A stretch of 64,000 bases of DNA, from assembly GCA_963665235.2 (NCBI GenBank), contig CAXXLX010000001.1, positions 64,001-128,000 on the forward strand, in the 5' to 3' direction. Below the pieces are notes generated by a model, which saw only the letters and a program-made list of their open reading frames with translations, was not told the origin of the DNA and made no database searches. Source of the stretch: Candidatus Poribacteria bacterium (lineage in GTDB: Bacteria; Poribacteria; WGA-4E; WGA-3G). Shown here one piece after another: positions 48,124 to 57,710 of the stretch (its first letter is position 1; every line of letters starts with the position of its first letter). The position numbers and the translations under genes were made by a program.

Positions 48124-50322
48124 TTACTTTTGAGTGTTGGGGTCTAATTCCTTTGCCTTTGCAAAGTCGGCTTCCGCTGCTTCGTGCTGTCCGAGGGCTT
48201 CTTTCGCCCGTCCCCGATTTTTGTATGCTGACGCGTATTTGGGTTTTAGTTTGATAGCACTATTGTAATCCGCTATTGCACCTTCATAATCATTAATCTG
48301 ATACTTCGCATACCCCCGATTGTGATATGCTGTGGCGTATTTAGGGTTAAGTTTGATAGCACTATCGTAATCGGCTATTGCACCTTCACAATCCCCGAGT
48401 TGCCGCTTCGCAAATCCACGCCAAAAGTATGCGTTATCATTTTTCGGATTGAGTTTTATTGCGTTATCATAGTCTTCAATAGACCCTTCAAAATCATCGA
48501 GTTTTCGCTTTGCCTCACCCCGATTTCTGTATGCTGACGCGTATTTAGGGTTAAGTTTGATAGCACTATCGTAATCGGTTATTGCCCCTTCATAATCATT
48601 AATCCTATACTTCGCGTACCCCCGATTGTTGTGTGCCGTGGCACATTCAGGGTTAAGTTTGATAGCACTATCGTAATCGGTTATTGCACCTTCACAATCC
48701 CCGAGTTGCCGCTTCGCAAATCCACGATGAGAGTATGCGCTATCATTTTCCGGATTGAGTTTGATAGCGTTATCATAGTCAGCGACTGCCCCTTGATAAT
48801 CCCCGAGTTCACCCTTCGTCTGCCCCCGATTAAAGTATGCGCTGGCATCTTCAGGATTGAGTTTGATAGCACTATCATAGTCGTCAATAGCCCCTTCAAG
48901 ATTGCCGAGTGCTTTTTTGGCAAGGCCCCTATTGTAATATGTGTCCGCTTTAGGATTGTGCTCGATAGCGTTATCATAGTCAGCGACTGCCCCTTGATAA
49001 TCCCCGAGTTCACCCTTCGTCTGCCCCCGATTAAAGTATGCCTTAGCATTTTCAGGATTGAGTTTGATGATTTTACTGTAATCGGCTATTGTCCCTGTAA
49101 AATCCCCGAGTTTCCGCTTCGCAACAGCCCGATTAAAGTATGCCTTAGCATCTTCAGGATTTAGCTCTATGGCGTTATTGTAATCCGATATTGCCCCTGC
49201 GAAATTATCCAGTTTGTACTTCGCAAGTCCCCGATTAAGGTATGCACTATCATATTCCGGGTTTAGGTCTATAGCTATATCGTAAGCGATTATTGCCCTT
49301 GCGAAATCATCGAGTTTGTACTTCGCAAGTCCCCGTCTGTTAAATTCCTTGGGAAATTCAGGGTCTAATTTGAGGCACAAGCTTCTAAGTTTGTCGGCGA
49401 GCTTCATTCTAGGCCTGATATAGAGCCCCCTTAGAAAAAATTTGACAATTTTCCACCTATCGGAGAGGAACACGCCAAAACCGGAAAAACTCAGTCGTTC
49501 TGCTTCAAGTTTGAGAGCCGCACGCGAATCAGCAAGTGCCTCATCATGTTTGCGTAAGGCACGCTTAACTTGTGCTCTGTTCATGTGAATTCCGGGAATA
49601 GCGGGATTGAGTTGAAGTGCTGTATCATAATGTGCTATTGCCGCCTTATACTCACCGTGTGCACGACCCTGCTCGGCGGCACCTGCTATTACATAAGCAT
49701 GTATCTGCGGATGCCTTTGCCACACATCAAGTGGTTCCACCGTTTGCGTCTCTGTGAGCAGAGGTTTGAGAACACTAGCGGAAACGGTTTTGCCTCTTTC
49801 TGGAGCTGGCGGAGCCACATATCCAGATTGCGCAACGGCGATGACTTCACCTTTACTATTTAGTACAGGCCCCCCACTATACCCCGGCCCTGCGGATGGC
49901 TTAAAATCTATCAAGAGACGTTTACTGCTATTCCGAACACTATGGACAGTTCCTTCTACGGTGGTCGCTTTTTTCTCAGGATACCCTATAAGACAGACGT
50001 TGTCCCCTTTTCGAACAGTGCTGCTATCCCCAAGCGGAAAGGGTGTCCCTTTTTCGGCAATCTTCAGAACGGCGATGTCGTTTTTGTCATCAAAGGCTAC
50101 AATCCCTTCAAAGGTATAGACTGTCTCTGTCTCAATGCACTTTACGGTAATCGCTGCAGCACCAGCAAGCACATGAATATTTGTGACAATTTTGTTTGGT
50201 GCTATGAAAAACCCACTGCCCCCGCCTACATTTTTATCATGATATTCTTTTTCCAAAAAAACCGTGGTGCCTGTGAGTCCTTCGGGTGACTGCTGAAGTG
50301 TGCTATCTTTTTGTTGTTCCAT
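48124..50322 (-). CDS. Trypsin-like serine protease + long TPR array
   Basis: MEQQKD start after AAGGA; TNIH, NDI, GYSGGP; more than 12 TPRs. Confidence 0.9.
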   Translation of the reverse strand: MEQQKDSTLQQSPEGLTGTTVFLEKEYHDKNVGGGSGFFIAPNKIVTNIHVLAGAAAITVKCIETETVYTFEGIVAFDDKNDIAVLKIAEKGTPFPLGDSSTVRKGDNVCLIGYPEKKATTVEGTVHSVRNSSKRLLIDFKPSAGPGYSGGPVLNSKGEVIAVAQSGYVAPPAPERGKTVSASVLKPLLTETQTVEPLDVWQRHPQIHAYVIAGAAEQGRAHGEYKAAIAHYDTALQLNPAIPGIHMNRAQVKRALRKHDEALADSRAALKLEAERLSFSGFGVFLSDRWKIVKFFLRGLYIRPRMKLADKLRSLCLKLDPEFPKEFNRRGLAKYKLDDFARAIIAYDIAIDLNPEYDSAYLNRGLAKYKLDNFAGAISDYNNAIELNPEDAKAYFNRAVAKRKLGDFTGTIADYSKIIKLNPENAKAYFNRGQTKGELGDYQGAVADYDNAIEHNPKADTYYNRGLAKKALGNLEGAIDDYDSAIKLNPEDASAYFNRGQTKGELGDYQGAVADYDNAIKLNPENDSAYSHRGFAKRQLGDCEGAITDYDSAIKLNPECATAHNNRGYAKYRINDYEGAITDYDSAIKLNPKYASAYRNRGEAKRKLDDFEGSIEDYDNAIKLNPKNDNAYFWRGFAKRQLGDCEGAIADYDSAIKLNPKYATAYHNRGYAKYQINDYEGAIADYNSAIKLKPKYASAYKNRGRAKEALGQHEAAEADFAKAKELDPNTQK

Positions 50323-50490
50323 TTTTAAGATTTCCTTGCGGTTTGATAAGGCGGGTTTCCTGAAAAAGTGTCCCTCGCCATATATCCAGCACTGCACGTT
50401 GCTTGTTTTTAAGATTTCCTTGCGGTTTGATAAGGCGGGTTTCCTGAAAAAGTGTCCCTCGCCATATATCCAGCACTGCACGTTGCTTGT
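50323..50490. repeat. 84-bp tandem duplication of the 5' region including the RBS
   Basis: TTTTTAAGATTTCCTTGCGGTTTGATAAGG...CACGTTGCTTG occurs twice with period 84. Confidence 0.85.
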
Positions 50491-50625
50491 GCTTACGCTC
50501 TTGAATTATGATTTCTAAGTTTTGTTCCCATATCCAATTATACATCAAATTCCGTATTTAATACAAAAAAAATCAGAGGTTTTCTACACTACCTCACACC
50601 TACGGGAGAGATTGCTTTAGAGGCA

Positions 50626-51051
50626 TTGCTGGACAACTTTCGGGATTTTATTGTGCGTGCGGGTTTCAGGATTCTACAGGTGCCGGATACACCGCGTGAG
50701 TCTGTCGGGAGACTATTACTGCTATCCTATCTTGATCAGTTTGTGAAACTTGTCGGGGGTGTGATGCACATAGAGGTGCCAACGGGGCGGGGTCGGATGG
50801 ATTTGCTGATTACGCATGAACAAAAGAAATATATCGTTGAAACCAAGGTATGGCGCGGGGCGGTGTATTATGAGGCGGGCAAAAAACAGCTGGCGGCACA
50901 TATCAAAACAGAGGGGGCAGTAGAGGGGTATTATGTCGTCTTTGACCATCGGCGCACACCGATGCCGCTTGTGGAGACAGAGACAATTGATGGTGTCACA
51001 ATTCGAAGTTACGTCATCCCTGTGTTACGGGAACAGCCCTCCTCTGCTTAA
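50626..51051 (+). pseudogene. C-terminal fragment of an AAA-ATPase/PD-(D/E)XK nuclease protein
   Basis: EVPTGRGRMDL...IVETK...GKKQL..Y...GYYVVFD. No N-terminal domain and no clear start. Confidence 0.65.
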
Positions 51052-51147
51052 GGCATGTGCAATCCGCGCTTCTCACGAACTATAGACTCCATCATGCAAC
51101 AAAATTCGCGCCCGACATGCCTCGCTTACCTCTTTCTGCAAAAAAAT

Positions 51148-51177
51148 TTGACATTGCTATATAGCATGTGGTATCAT
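51148..51177 (+). promoter_or_regulatory. Promoter of the ileS leader
   Basis: TTGACA-18-TATCAT. Confidence 0.6.
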
Positions 51178-51224
51178 TTTAACAGACGCTTTTAGCGCAA
51201 ACTTTTATCAAATAGGATTATCGG

Positions 51225-51362
51225 ATGTTTTATCATACGCTCACCACATCGACATTGCAATACAAACACCCTGCGGATGCCACTGTTCTGCGGCAGTGCT
51301 CTCTTCGCGCCATAAACATAATTATTATTGCTATTGCTATTCGTCGCGCTGTGGTGGGTTAA
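51225..51362 (+). CDS. Ile-rich leader peptide (45 aa) of the ileS attenuator
   Basis: MFYHTLTTSTLQYKHPADATVLRQCSLRAINIIIIAIAIRRAVVG*, with an AGGA RBS and 7 Ile in 10 codons. Confidence 0.75.
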   Translation: MFYHTLTTSTLQYKHPADATVLRQCSLRAINIIIIAIAIRRAVVG

Positions 51363-51395
51363 TCGCAAGCAGATATAAACCGTCCTATTGAGATG

Positions 51396-51439
51396 CCCAT
51401 CACTGAAAAAATCTATTTCGGTGATGGGTTTCGTTTTTT
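51396..51439 (+). terminator. Attenuator terminator upstream of ileS
   Basis: CCCATCACTGAAA / TTTCGGTGATGGG stem followed by TTTCGTTTTTT. Confidence 0.8.
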
Positions 51440-51470
51440 AATAACTAAAGCTACATGAGGAGAATTTTGC

Positions 51471-54400
51471 ATGTTTGAAGAGGTATCACCACAATTCACC
51501 TTCGCTGAGAAGGAAAAACAGACCTTGGCGTTCTGGCGTGAAAACGACATCTTTCAGAAGAGTATGGAAATACACAAAGATGCACCCTCCTTTGTTTTCC
51601 TCGAGGGACCGCCGTTTGCGAATGCCCCGCCGGGTGTACATCACGTCCTTGCACGCATTATGAAGGATGCTGTCTGTCGCTATAAAACGATGACTGGCCA
51701 CTACGTCCACAGAAGAGCCGGTTGGGACACACACGGCCTGCCTGTCGAATACCAGGTCGAGAAACAACTCAATATCAAAAATAAAGCGGAATTGGAGGCT
51801 TACGGCGTTCAGAATTTCATTGAGAAGTGTAAGGAGAACGTCTTTCAATACGAACAGGATTGGCGACGTATGACCGAACGTATCGGCTTCTGGGTGAACT
51901 TAGATGAGGCGTATATTACCTTGTCGAACGACTACATTGAAAGCGTTTGGTGGGTGCTGCGGCAAGCGTGGGACAAAAAGTTATTATATCAAGGACATAA
52001 GGTGCAACCGTATTGCTATCGGTGCGGCACAACCTTGGCAAGCCACGAGGTTGCACTTGGGTATCAAGAGGTCCCCGACCCCTCTATCTTTGTTCGGTTT
52101 CCACTTAAAAATAGGGAAAATAGCTATCTGCTTGTCTGGACAACGACTCCGTGGACATTGCCCTCCAACGTAGCGGTTGCTGTCGGTGAGGATTACGATT
52201 ATGTCGCCGTTGAACATAATGGACAACACCTCATCCTCGCGAAGGAATGCATACCGCGTCTCTTTGGCGATGAACCCCCGCAAATCGTTGAAAACTATAT
52301 CGGAGCTCACTGCCCTTATAGCTTTCCGGGCAGTGAGCTCCGAGATTGGGAATATGAACCGCTTTTTGACAGCGGACAGCACACCGAAAAATCTCATTAT
52401 GTTGTCACCGCAGATTTTGTGACGACAACAGAGGGAAGCGGTTTGGTACATATCGCGCCAGCTTTCGGGCAAGATGACTACGACATTGGGCAGGAATATA
52501 GCCTACCGTTCGTGCAATTGGTCGGTGCCGATGGCAAATTTATCCCTGAAGTGAAAGATACATGGGCAGGCGAATACGTCAAAGACGCTGACCGACAAAT
52601 CATCGCGAACTTGGATAGCCGTGGGTTGTTGTTCAAGGATGATGAGTATACGCACCAATATCCGTTCTGCTGGCGATGTGATACCCCGCTCCTCTATTAC
52701 GCACGCGAATCGTGGTTCATCCGAACTACCGCTATCCGAGACCAAATGCTGCAAAACAATCAGGAAATCAACTGGTACCCTGAGCATATCAAAAACGGAC
52801 GGTTCGGCAAGTGGCTGGAAAACATCATTGACTGGGGATTGAGCCGCGAACGTTATTGGGGCACACCCCTACCGGTCTGGATATGTGACGACTGCGGACA
52901 TCAACACTGCATCGGCAGTATTGCCGAATTGAGAGAACTCGGCACCGATGTACCCACGGATATTGAACTACACCGTCCCTATGTCGATGACGTTGTGCTT
53001 ACCTGTGAGAAATGCAGCAGCCCGATGCACCGCGTCCAAGATGTAATCGATTGCTGGTTTGACTCAGGTTGTGCACACACCGCGCAGTGGCACTATCCGT
53101 TTGAAAATAGAGAGCTGTTTGAACAAGCCTATCCTGTAGATTTCATCTCCGAAGGAATCGATCAGACACGTGGATGGTTTTATAGTCTCTTAGCAACGGG
53201 GACGCTCCTCTACGACAAACCTGCCTACAAAAATTGCCTCTGTCTGGAGCTCATCATGGGACCTGATGGCCAGAAGATGAGTAAGAGCCGAGGAAACACC
53301 GTAGACCCATGGACAATCTTGGACGAACAGGGTGCAGACGCAATGCGGTGGTATATGTTCACAGCATCTCCGCCCTGGGCACAGCGCGCTTTCAAAGCGG
53401 AGGGCATTGATGAAGCGTTGAAGAGGTTTATGGGTACCCTTCACAATGTCTATAGCTTCTTCGTGATGTATGCTAATTTAGAGCAGGTTGATGTTCTGCA
53501 AGATGCTCCCCCGGTTGCAGAACGTGCCACCGTAGATAGGTGGATATTGTCACGGCTGCATACTTTAATTGAGAAGGTGTGTGCCGATATGGAAAATTAC
53601 CATCTCACGAATGCCCCACGCGCTATTGAGGCGTTTGTAGATGACCTTAGCAACTGGTATGTACGCCGTTCGCGCGACCGTTTCTGGGGGGCGGAGGCTG
53701 GACAGGACAAACAGGCCGCTTATGCCACGCTTTACGAAGTGCTTGTCACCGTTGCGAAGCTCGCTGCACCCTTCGTCCCATTTTTAGCGGATGAACTCTA
53801 TCGTAATTTAGTCGGTTCGCTTGACTCCGGCGCGCCCCTGAGCGTTCACCTATCGGAATATCCCGTTGCAGATGCTGCGTTGATAGACGTTGACTTGGAA
53901 AACGATATGGCGTTCACACGCGAGGTTATCCGCATGGGACATGCCGCACGGAACCGTTCCGGTATTAAGACGCGGCAACCGCTTGCGGACATCACCCTCG
54001 GCGGTCTCTCCGATGCAGAAAAAGCGACCGTAAATCGGCTTGCAGAGCTTGTCTTGGACGAGCTCAATGTTAAAACCATCGTCTTCACAGAGGAGTTGGA
54101 TGCGTTCGCGCAGGTTACGCTCAAACCGAACTTCAAGGTCTTGGGGCCGAAGTACGGAAAAGGGGTGCAGGCAATTGCTAAAGCTCTCGCCACTGCCGAT
54201 GCAATGCAGCTAAAAACGGAGTTGGAGGCGAATGGAAGTTTGCAAATTGAAGCAGCTGGTGAAACCTATACGTTGGAACCATCAGAAATTGACGTGCAAA
54301 CCCAAAATCAGGAAGGCTTTTTTGTCGAGGTAGATGCAAGGAAATTCGTCGCGCTCTCAACGGAACTGACGCACGAGTTGGTCCTTGAAGGGTTGGCACG

Positions 54401-54641
54401 TGAACTGGTCAATAAAATCCAGAATATGCGGAAGGAGGCAGACTTTAACGTGTCCGATCGGATTCGGCTCAGTGTGGATACGTCATCTGAGCTGGTGGCG
54501 GAAGCGTTTGAAACGCATCGGGCGTACATCCTCGCGGAAACGTTGACAACAGCCGTAGTTGAATCTCCGGGGGAAAAAGCGTTCAGTCTCAATCAAAACC
54601 TTAACGGTGAACTGGCAACACTTAGCGTTGAGCAGGTATAG
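51471..54641 (+). CDS. ileS: Isoleucine--tRNA ligase, type 2, GVHH signature
   Basis: EGPPFANAPPGVHH, GWDTHGLPVE, WTTTPWTLP, SRERYWG, DQTRGWF, KMSKS; type-2 C-terminus (EGLARELVNKIQNMRK) with no terminal Zn motif. Confidence 0.97.
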   Translation: MFEEVSPQFTFAEKEKQTLAFWRENDIFQKSMEIHKDAPSFVFLEGPPFANAPPGVHHVLARIMKDAVCRYKTMTGHYVHRRAGWDTHGLPVEYQVEKQLNIKNKAELEAYGVQNFIEKCKENVFQYEQDWRRMTERIGFWVNLDEAYITLSNDYIESVWWVLRQAWDKKLLYQGHKVQPYCYRCGTTLASHEVALGYQEVPDPSIFVRFPLKNRENSYLLVWTTTPWTLPSNVAVAVGEDYDYVAVEHNGQHLILAKECIPRLFGDEPPQIVENYIGAHCPYSFPGSELRDWEYEPLFDSGQHTEKSHYVVTADFVTTTEGSGLVHIAPAFGQDDYDIGQEYSLPFVQLVGADGKFIPEVKDTWAGEYVKDADRQIIANLDSRGLLFKDDEYTHQYPFCWRCDTPLLYYARESWFIRTTAIRDQMLQNNQEINWYPEHIKNGRFGKWLENIIDWGLSRERYWGTPLPVWICDDCGHQHCIGSIAELRELGTDVPTDIELHRPYVDDVVLTCEKCSSPMHRVQDVIDCWFDSGCAHTAQWHYPFENRELFEQAYPVDFISEGIDQTRGWFYSLLATGTLLYDKPAYKNCLCLELIMGPDGQKMSKSRGNTVDPWTILDEQGADAMRWYMFTASPPWAQRAFKAEGIDEALKRFMGTLHNVYSFFVMYANLEQVDVLQDAPPVAERATVDRWILSRLHTLIEKVCADMENYHLTNAPRAIEAFVDDLSNWYVRRSRDRFWGAEAGQDKQAAYATLYEVLVTVAKLAAPFVPFLADELYRNLVGSLDSGAPLSVHLSEYPVADAALIDVDLENDMAFTREVIRMGHAARNRSGIKTRQPLADITLGGLSDAEKATVNRLAELVLDELNVKTIVFTEELDAFAQVTLKPNFKVLGPKYGKGVQAIAKALATADAMQLKTELEANGSLQIEAAGETYTLEPSEIDVQTQNQEGFFVEVDARKFVALSTELTHELVLEGLARELVNKIQNMRKEADFNVSDRIRLSVDTSSELVAEAFETHRAYILAETLTTAVVESPGEKAFSLNQNLNGELATLSVEQV

Positions 54642-54664
54642 AATCACAGGACATTCAGTAAATT

Positions 54665-55501
54665 ATGAAAAAATATTTTCATCTCTTGTCAATAGTTATG
54701 CTTGTCGCCTGGTTTGCAGTTGTAATCACCGGCTGCGATGAGCAGGGCATGGTCAACGCTCAGGACATGGTGCTGATTCCTGCTGGCGAATTTCGGATGG
54801 GGGGTAGTGAAAACAATGAGAAACCGGTGCATTCTGTCTATGTAGATGCGTTTTACATGGATAAGTACGAGGTCACCAATGCCCAATATGCTGAGTTTCT
54901 GAATGCCAAAGGCAAACATGCCGAAGGTGGTATCACATGGTATCATACAGAGGGGTCTCTTTCTAGGATTGAGTTTGTATCCGATAAATATAGCGTGAAA
55001 ACGGGGTATGAGAATCATCCTGTAACTAATGTGACTTGGTACGGTGCGATGGCTTATGCTATCTGGAAAGGAAAACGTCTACCGACAGAGGCGGAGTGGG
55101 AGAAAGCTGCACGTGGCGGTTTAGCTGGGCAAAAATACCCTTGGGGCAACACTATAGATTCCACGAAGGCGAACTACAATCGGCATATTAACGATACCAC
55201 AGCAGTTGGGACGTATCCTGCAAATGGATATGGTTTGCATGACATGGCAGGGAATGTTTGGGAGTGGTGTTTGGACGAGTATAACAGAGGCTTTTATGCG
55301 ATTTCTCCGGCTCGGAATCCGCTGTCGGGTGCAAACAGCATCAAATGGTTGATAGATAATTATCAAGTTGTTGAAAGCCCCCGTATGTTGCGTGGTGGCT
55401 CCTGGTCTTTAGCCGTTCCGGTTGCCGATCGCGTCAGCAATATGCCATTCCTTTCATCCAACGACTTCGGTTTTCGTTGTGTGAAGGCTGTAACCCCTTA
55501 A
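54665..55501 (+). CDS. Formylglycine-generating enzyme (FGE-sulfatase) domain lipoprotein
   Basis: ITGC lipobox, FRMG, YEVTN, RLPTEAEWEKAARGG, DMAGNVWEW, RGGSW, GFRC. Confidence 0.9.
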   Translation: MKKYFHLLSIVMLVAWFAVVITGCDEQGMVNAQDMVLIPAGEFRMGGSENNEKPVHSVYVDAFYMDKYEVTNAQYAEFLNAKGKHAEGGITWYHTEGSLSRIEFVSDKYSVKTGYENHPVTNVTWYGAMAYAIWKGKRLPTEAEWEKAARGGLAGQKYPWGNTIDSTKANYNRHINDTTAVGTYPANGYGLHDMAGNVWEWCLDEYNRGFYAISPARNPLSGANSIKWLIDNYQVVESPRMLRGGSWSLAVPVADRVSNMPFLSSNDFGFRCVKAVTP

Positions 55502-55656
55502 TTCTTAACTGTTTTACATCGGCGGGGTTTTGTACCTCGCCTTTTCTTATGCTGCTAGTGAGGGTTCATGCCGACTTGTTTGGAAGAAATTGATGTTGCA
55601 TTAATCAGAGAAATTCTGTATAATTGCTTTTAGAAAAAATTTTGTAGGAGGAAATC

Positions 55657-56007
55657 ATGGCAAATGAAACCCTTATAGTTCCCAAAGAACAGTGGGAGAT
55701 GCCTGTGTCCATAACCCCCGACGGGCGATGGATTACTTTACGGGAATTTGCAGAGAAAAAAATAGCTACGCTTTCATCCGGAAGTTTGCCTGAACAGTTG
55801 GTACCTGCTGGGCAAGAAGCGAAATTGGTTGAGAAACGCATCGCACAACGCCCCGATTTTAAAGTGGCTATGATAGGCATTGGTATAGTGGATCAGGAAC
55901 GAGCTATGCAGGAAGTACGAAACAAAACATCTGCCGGCCGTACATTGATAAATATTGAACTACGTACGATCGCGAATGTAATAGAACGTGTTCGTGGAGA
56001 CCACTAA
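55657..56007 (+). CDS. Hypothetical protein coupled to the downstream protease-like gene
   Basis: GGAGG RBS; 116 aa; stop codon 1 nt before the next ATG. Confidence 0.7.
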   Translation: MANETLIVPKEQWEMPVSITPDGRWITLREFAEKKIATLSSGSLPEQLVPAGQEAKLVEKRIAQRPDFKVAMIGIGIVDQERAMQEVRNKTSAGRTLINIELRTIANVIERVRGDH

Positions 56008-56252
56008 TATGCCAAACAACGAAGGAACTCCGCAAGTTCTCGCCATTGATCCCAATCACGACGCTGTTACTCAGATAGTCCACGACTACCGGAATCAGCA
56101 TGTTTATCCGTACTTGGAATCCAACGGATTTAGACTTGTCTATGGTCAAGGACAAGCGGCACTTCGTGAAAATGTCGCGTCAGAAGCATCCCAAGACAGT
56201 ATCGTCTACATCACTGGCTCTGGCCACGGCAATTATACAACATATATCGGAA

Positions 56253-56463
56253 GTCAATAACCCCCAGCTAAAGCATGGGGGCTTGTCTTTGATGCCCGCC
56301 AAGGCTATCACAGAGACAAGGGTAACTTGTTGACTACAGTAATATATCGGGGGTTCTGGGCGTGGCAGCCTAAAGTATGTTTCGGATGCTCCCCAAGTCT
56401 GATCCCACTACGAACCCCTGATCTGGATGGGGCAATATATACCCGAAAGGAGAAAACAAACTT
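56253..56463 (+). ncRNA. omegaRNA scaffold (guide = host sequence immediately upstream)
   Basis: About 210 nt of non-coding sequence between the element end and isrB, with GTCAA...TTGAC pairing, GGATGCTCCCCAAGTC and CCGAAAGG features typical of IscB/IsrB omegaRNAs. Confidence 0.75.
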
Positions 56464-57543
56464 ATGTTTGTGCCAGTCAAAACAAAGGATGGACAACAGC
56501 TGATGCCGATGCATGCTGCACGTGCAAGGAAACTTGTCAAACGCGGTGAGGCAACGCCTTATTGGAACAACGGTGTCTATTGTGTCCGTCTCAACAAAGA
56601 ACCGAGTGATAGAGAAACACAAGACATCGTTGTCGGTGTGGATCCGGGAAGTAAGAAAGAGGGATTTACTGTCAAATCTGAGGCCCATACGTATCTGAAC
56701 GTGCAGGCAGATGCACATAACAAAGTTGGAAAGAAGGTTGAGAAAAGACGTGAACTCCGCCGAGGTAGGCGTTCTCGGAAGTGTCCCAACCGCAAGCACC
56801 GCACCAATAAAGGTGCGAACAGACAGAAACTCCCCGCAGGCACGCGTGCCCGTTGGGATTGGAAACTCCGCATTCTGGATTGGTTGTCTGACTTGTATCC
56901 TGTCACAAAAATCTGTTTGGAGGACATCAAGGCAAGAACAAAACCGGGTAAGAAGAGATGGAACACATCTTTTAGTCCGTTGGAGGTTGGTAAACGCTGG
57001 TTTGTCTCTGAGTTGATAGCACGCTATGGCGTTGGAAATGTGTTTTGCTATAAAGGCAGGTGGACTTCCGCGCGGAGGAAGGCATTAGGATTAGAGAAGA
57101 GCCAAGACAAACTCTCTGATGACTTCTATGCACATTGTGTTGATAGTTGGGTGATGGCACATTCGGTTGTCAATGGCAACACAAAGAAAGCCATGGCACT
57201 GAAACCCGACAATACATCCGTTTTTTGCATATCCCCGATACCCGTAGCAAGGCGGAACTTGCACCGAGAACAACCTGCAAAGGGCGGAATGCGGTCAAGA
57301 TATGGCGGAACTGTGTTAGGCGAAGGACTTGTGAAAAACACGCTGATAAAGCACGGCAAACACGGTATCACACGTCCGAGGTCCCACCGAGGACATCCTA
57401 TTACGGGTATTAATGCGAAAGGGGTGTTTTCTATCTATAGCTTAGAAGGTCAACGCCTCACAACGGGTGCGAAACGCACAGATTTTCAAGTCCTCACACG
57501 CTTGAACTTTCAATATAGGAGCGGTGTTTCCTCCCCGTGCTAA
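56464..57543 (+). CDS. isrB: IsrB RNA-guided nickase (RRXRR domain, no HNH)
   Basis: QLMP (PLMP-like), ARARKL, GVDPG (RuvC-I), RRELRRGRR bridge helix, LEDIK (RuvC-II), HCVDS (RuvC-III); 359 aa with no HNH. Confidence 0.88.
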   Translation: MFVPVKTKDGQQLMPMHAARARKLVKRGEATPYWNNGVYCVRLNKEPSDRETQDIVVGVDPGSKKEGFTVKSEAHTYLNVQADAHNKVGKKVEKRRELRRGRRSRKCPNRKHRTNKGANRQKLPAGTRARWDWKLRILDWLSDLYPVTKICLEDIKARTKPGKKRWNTSFSPLEVGKRWFVSELIARYGVGNVFCYKGRWTSARRKALGLEKSQDKLSDDFYAHCVDSWVMAHSVVNGNTKKAMALKPDNTSVFCISPIPVARRNLHREQPAKGGMRSRYGGTVLGEGLVKNTLIKHGKHGITRPRSHRGHPITGINAKGVFSIYSLEGQRLTTGAKRTDFQVLTRLNFQYRSGVSSPC

Positions 57544-57710
57544 AGCAACGGGGTCTCCACACCGAAGATTTTGATGATAATTTGCCTATTTTTCAGGTAG
57601 GGGACTATCAACCCGAAGAAGTCTATGGCAAAGTTGTCCATCTTATCTCCTGCCAAACGGCGGCTGAACTTGGTCCGGATTTTGTCACAAAAGGATGCCG
57701 CGCTTACTTT

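Larger units (their letters stand above)
56253..57573 (+). mobile_element. IS200/605-superfamily IsrB (OMEGA) element
   Basis: Starts GTCAATAACCCCCAGCTAAAGCATGGGGGCTTG and ends with hairpin CCCCGTGCTAAAGCAACGGGG...GAAGATTTTG|ATGA. No TSD; excision restores the host frame. Confidence 0.85.

Noticed and set aside
50323-50548. 53-aa N-terminal extension of the third TPR protease and the 81-aa ORF
   Set aside because: Both are by-products of the 84-bp duplication; the RBS supports the start at 50322.
51225-51250. FYHTLTT shared between the ileS leader peptide and the BioB N-terminus (11649 onward)
   Set aside because: Seven residues with different codons and no mechanistic link; treated as coincidence.
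51180-51470. T-box riboswitch upstream of ileS
   Set aside because: No recognisable T-box consensus or stem I; the leader-peptide model fits better.
54665-55600. FGE/C-type-lectin-fold gene as a DGR target
   Set aside because: No template repeat or reverse transcriptase seen in the window. A remote DGR cannot be excluded.
56253-57573. IStron (self-splicing) interpretation of the IsrB insertion, or an IscB call
   Set aside because: There is no room or motif for a group I intron core, and the protein lacks an HNH domain.
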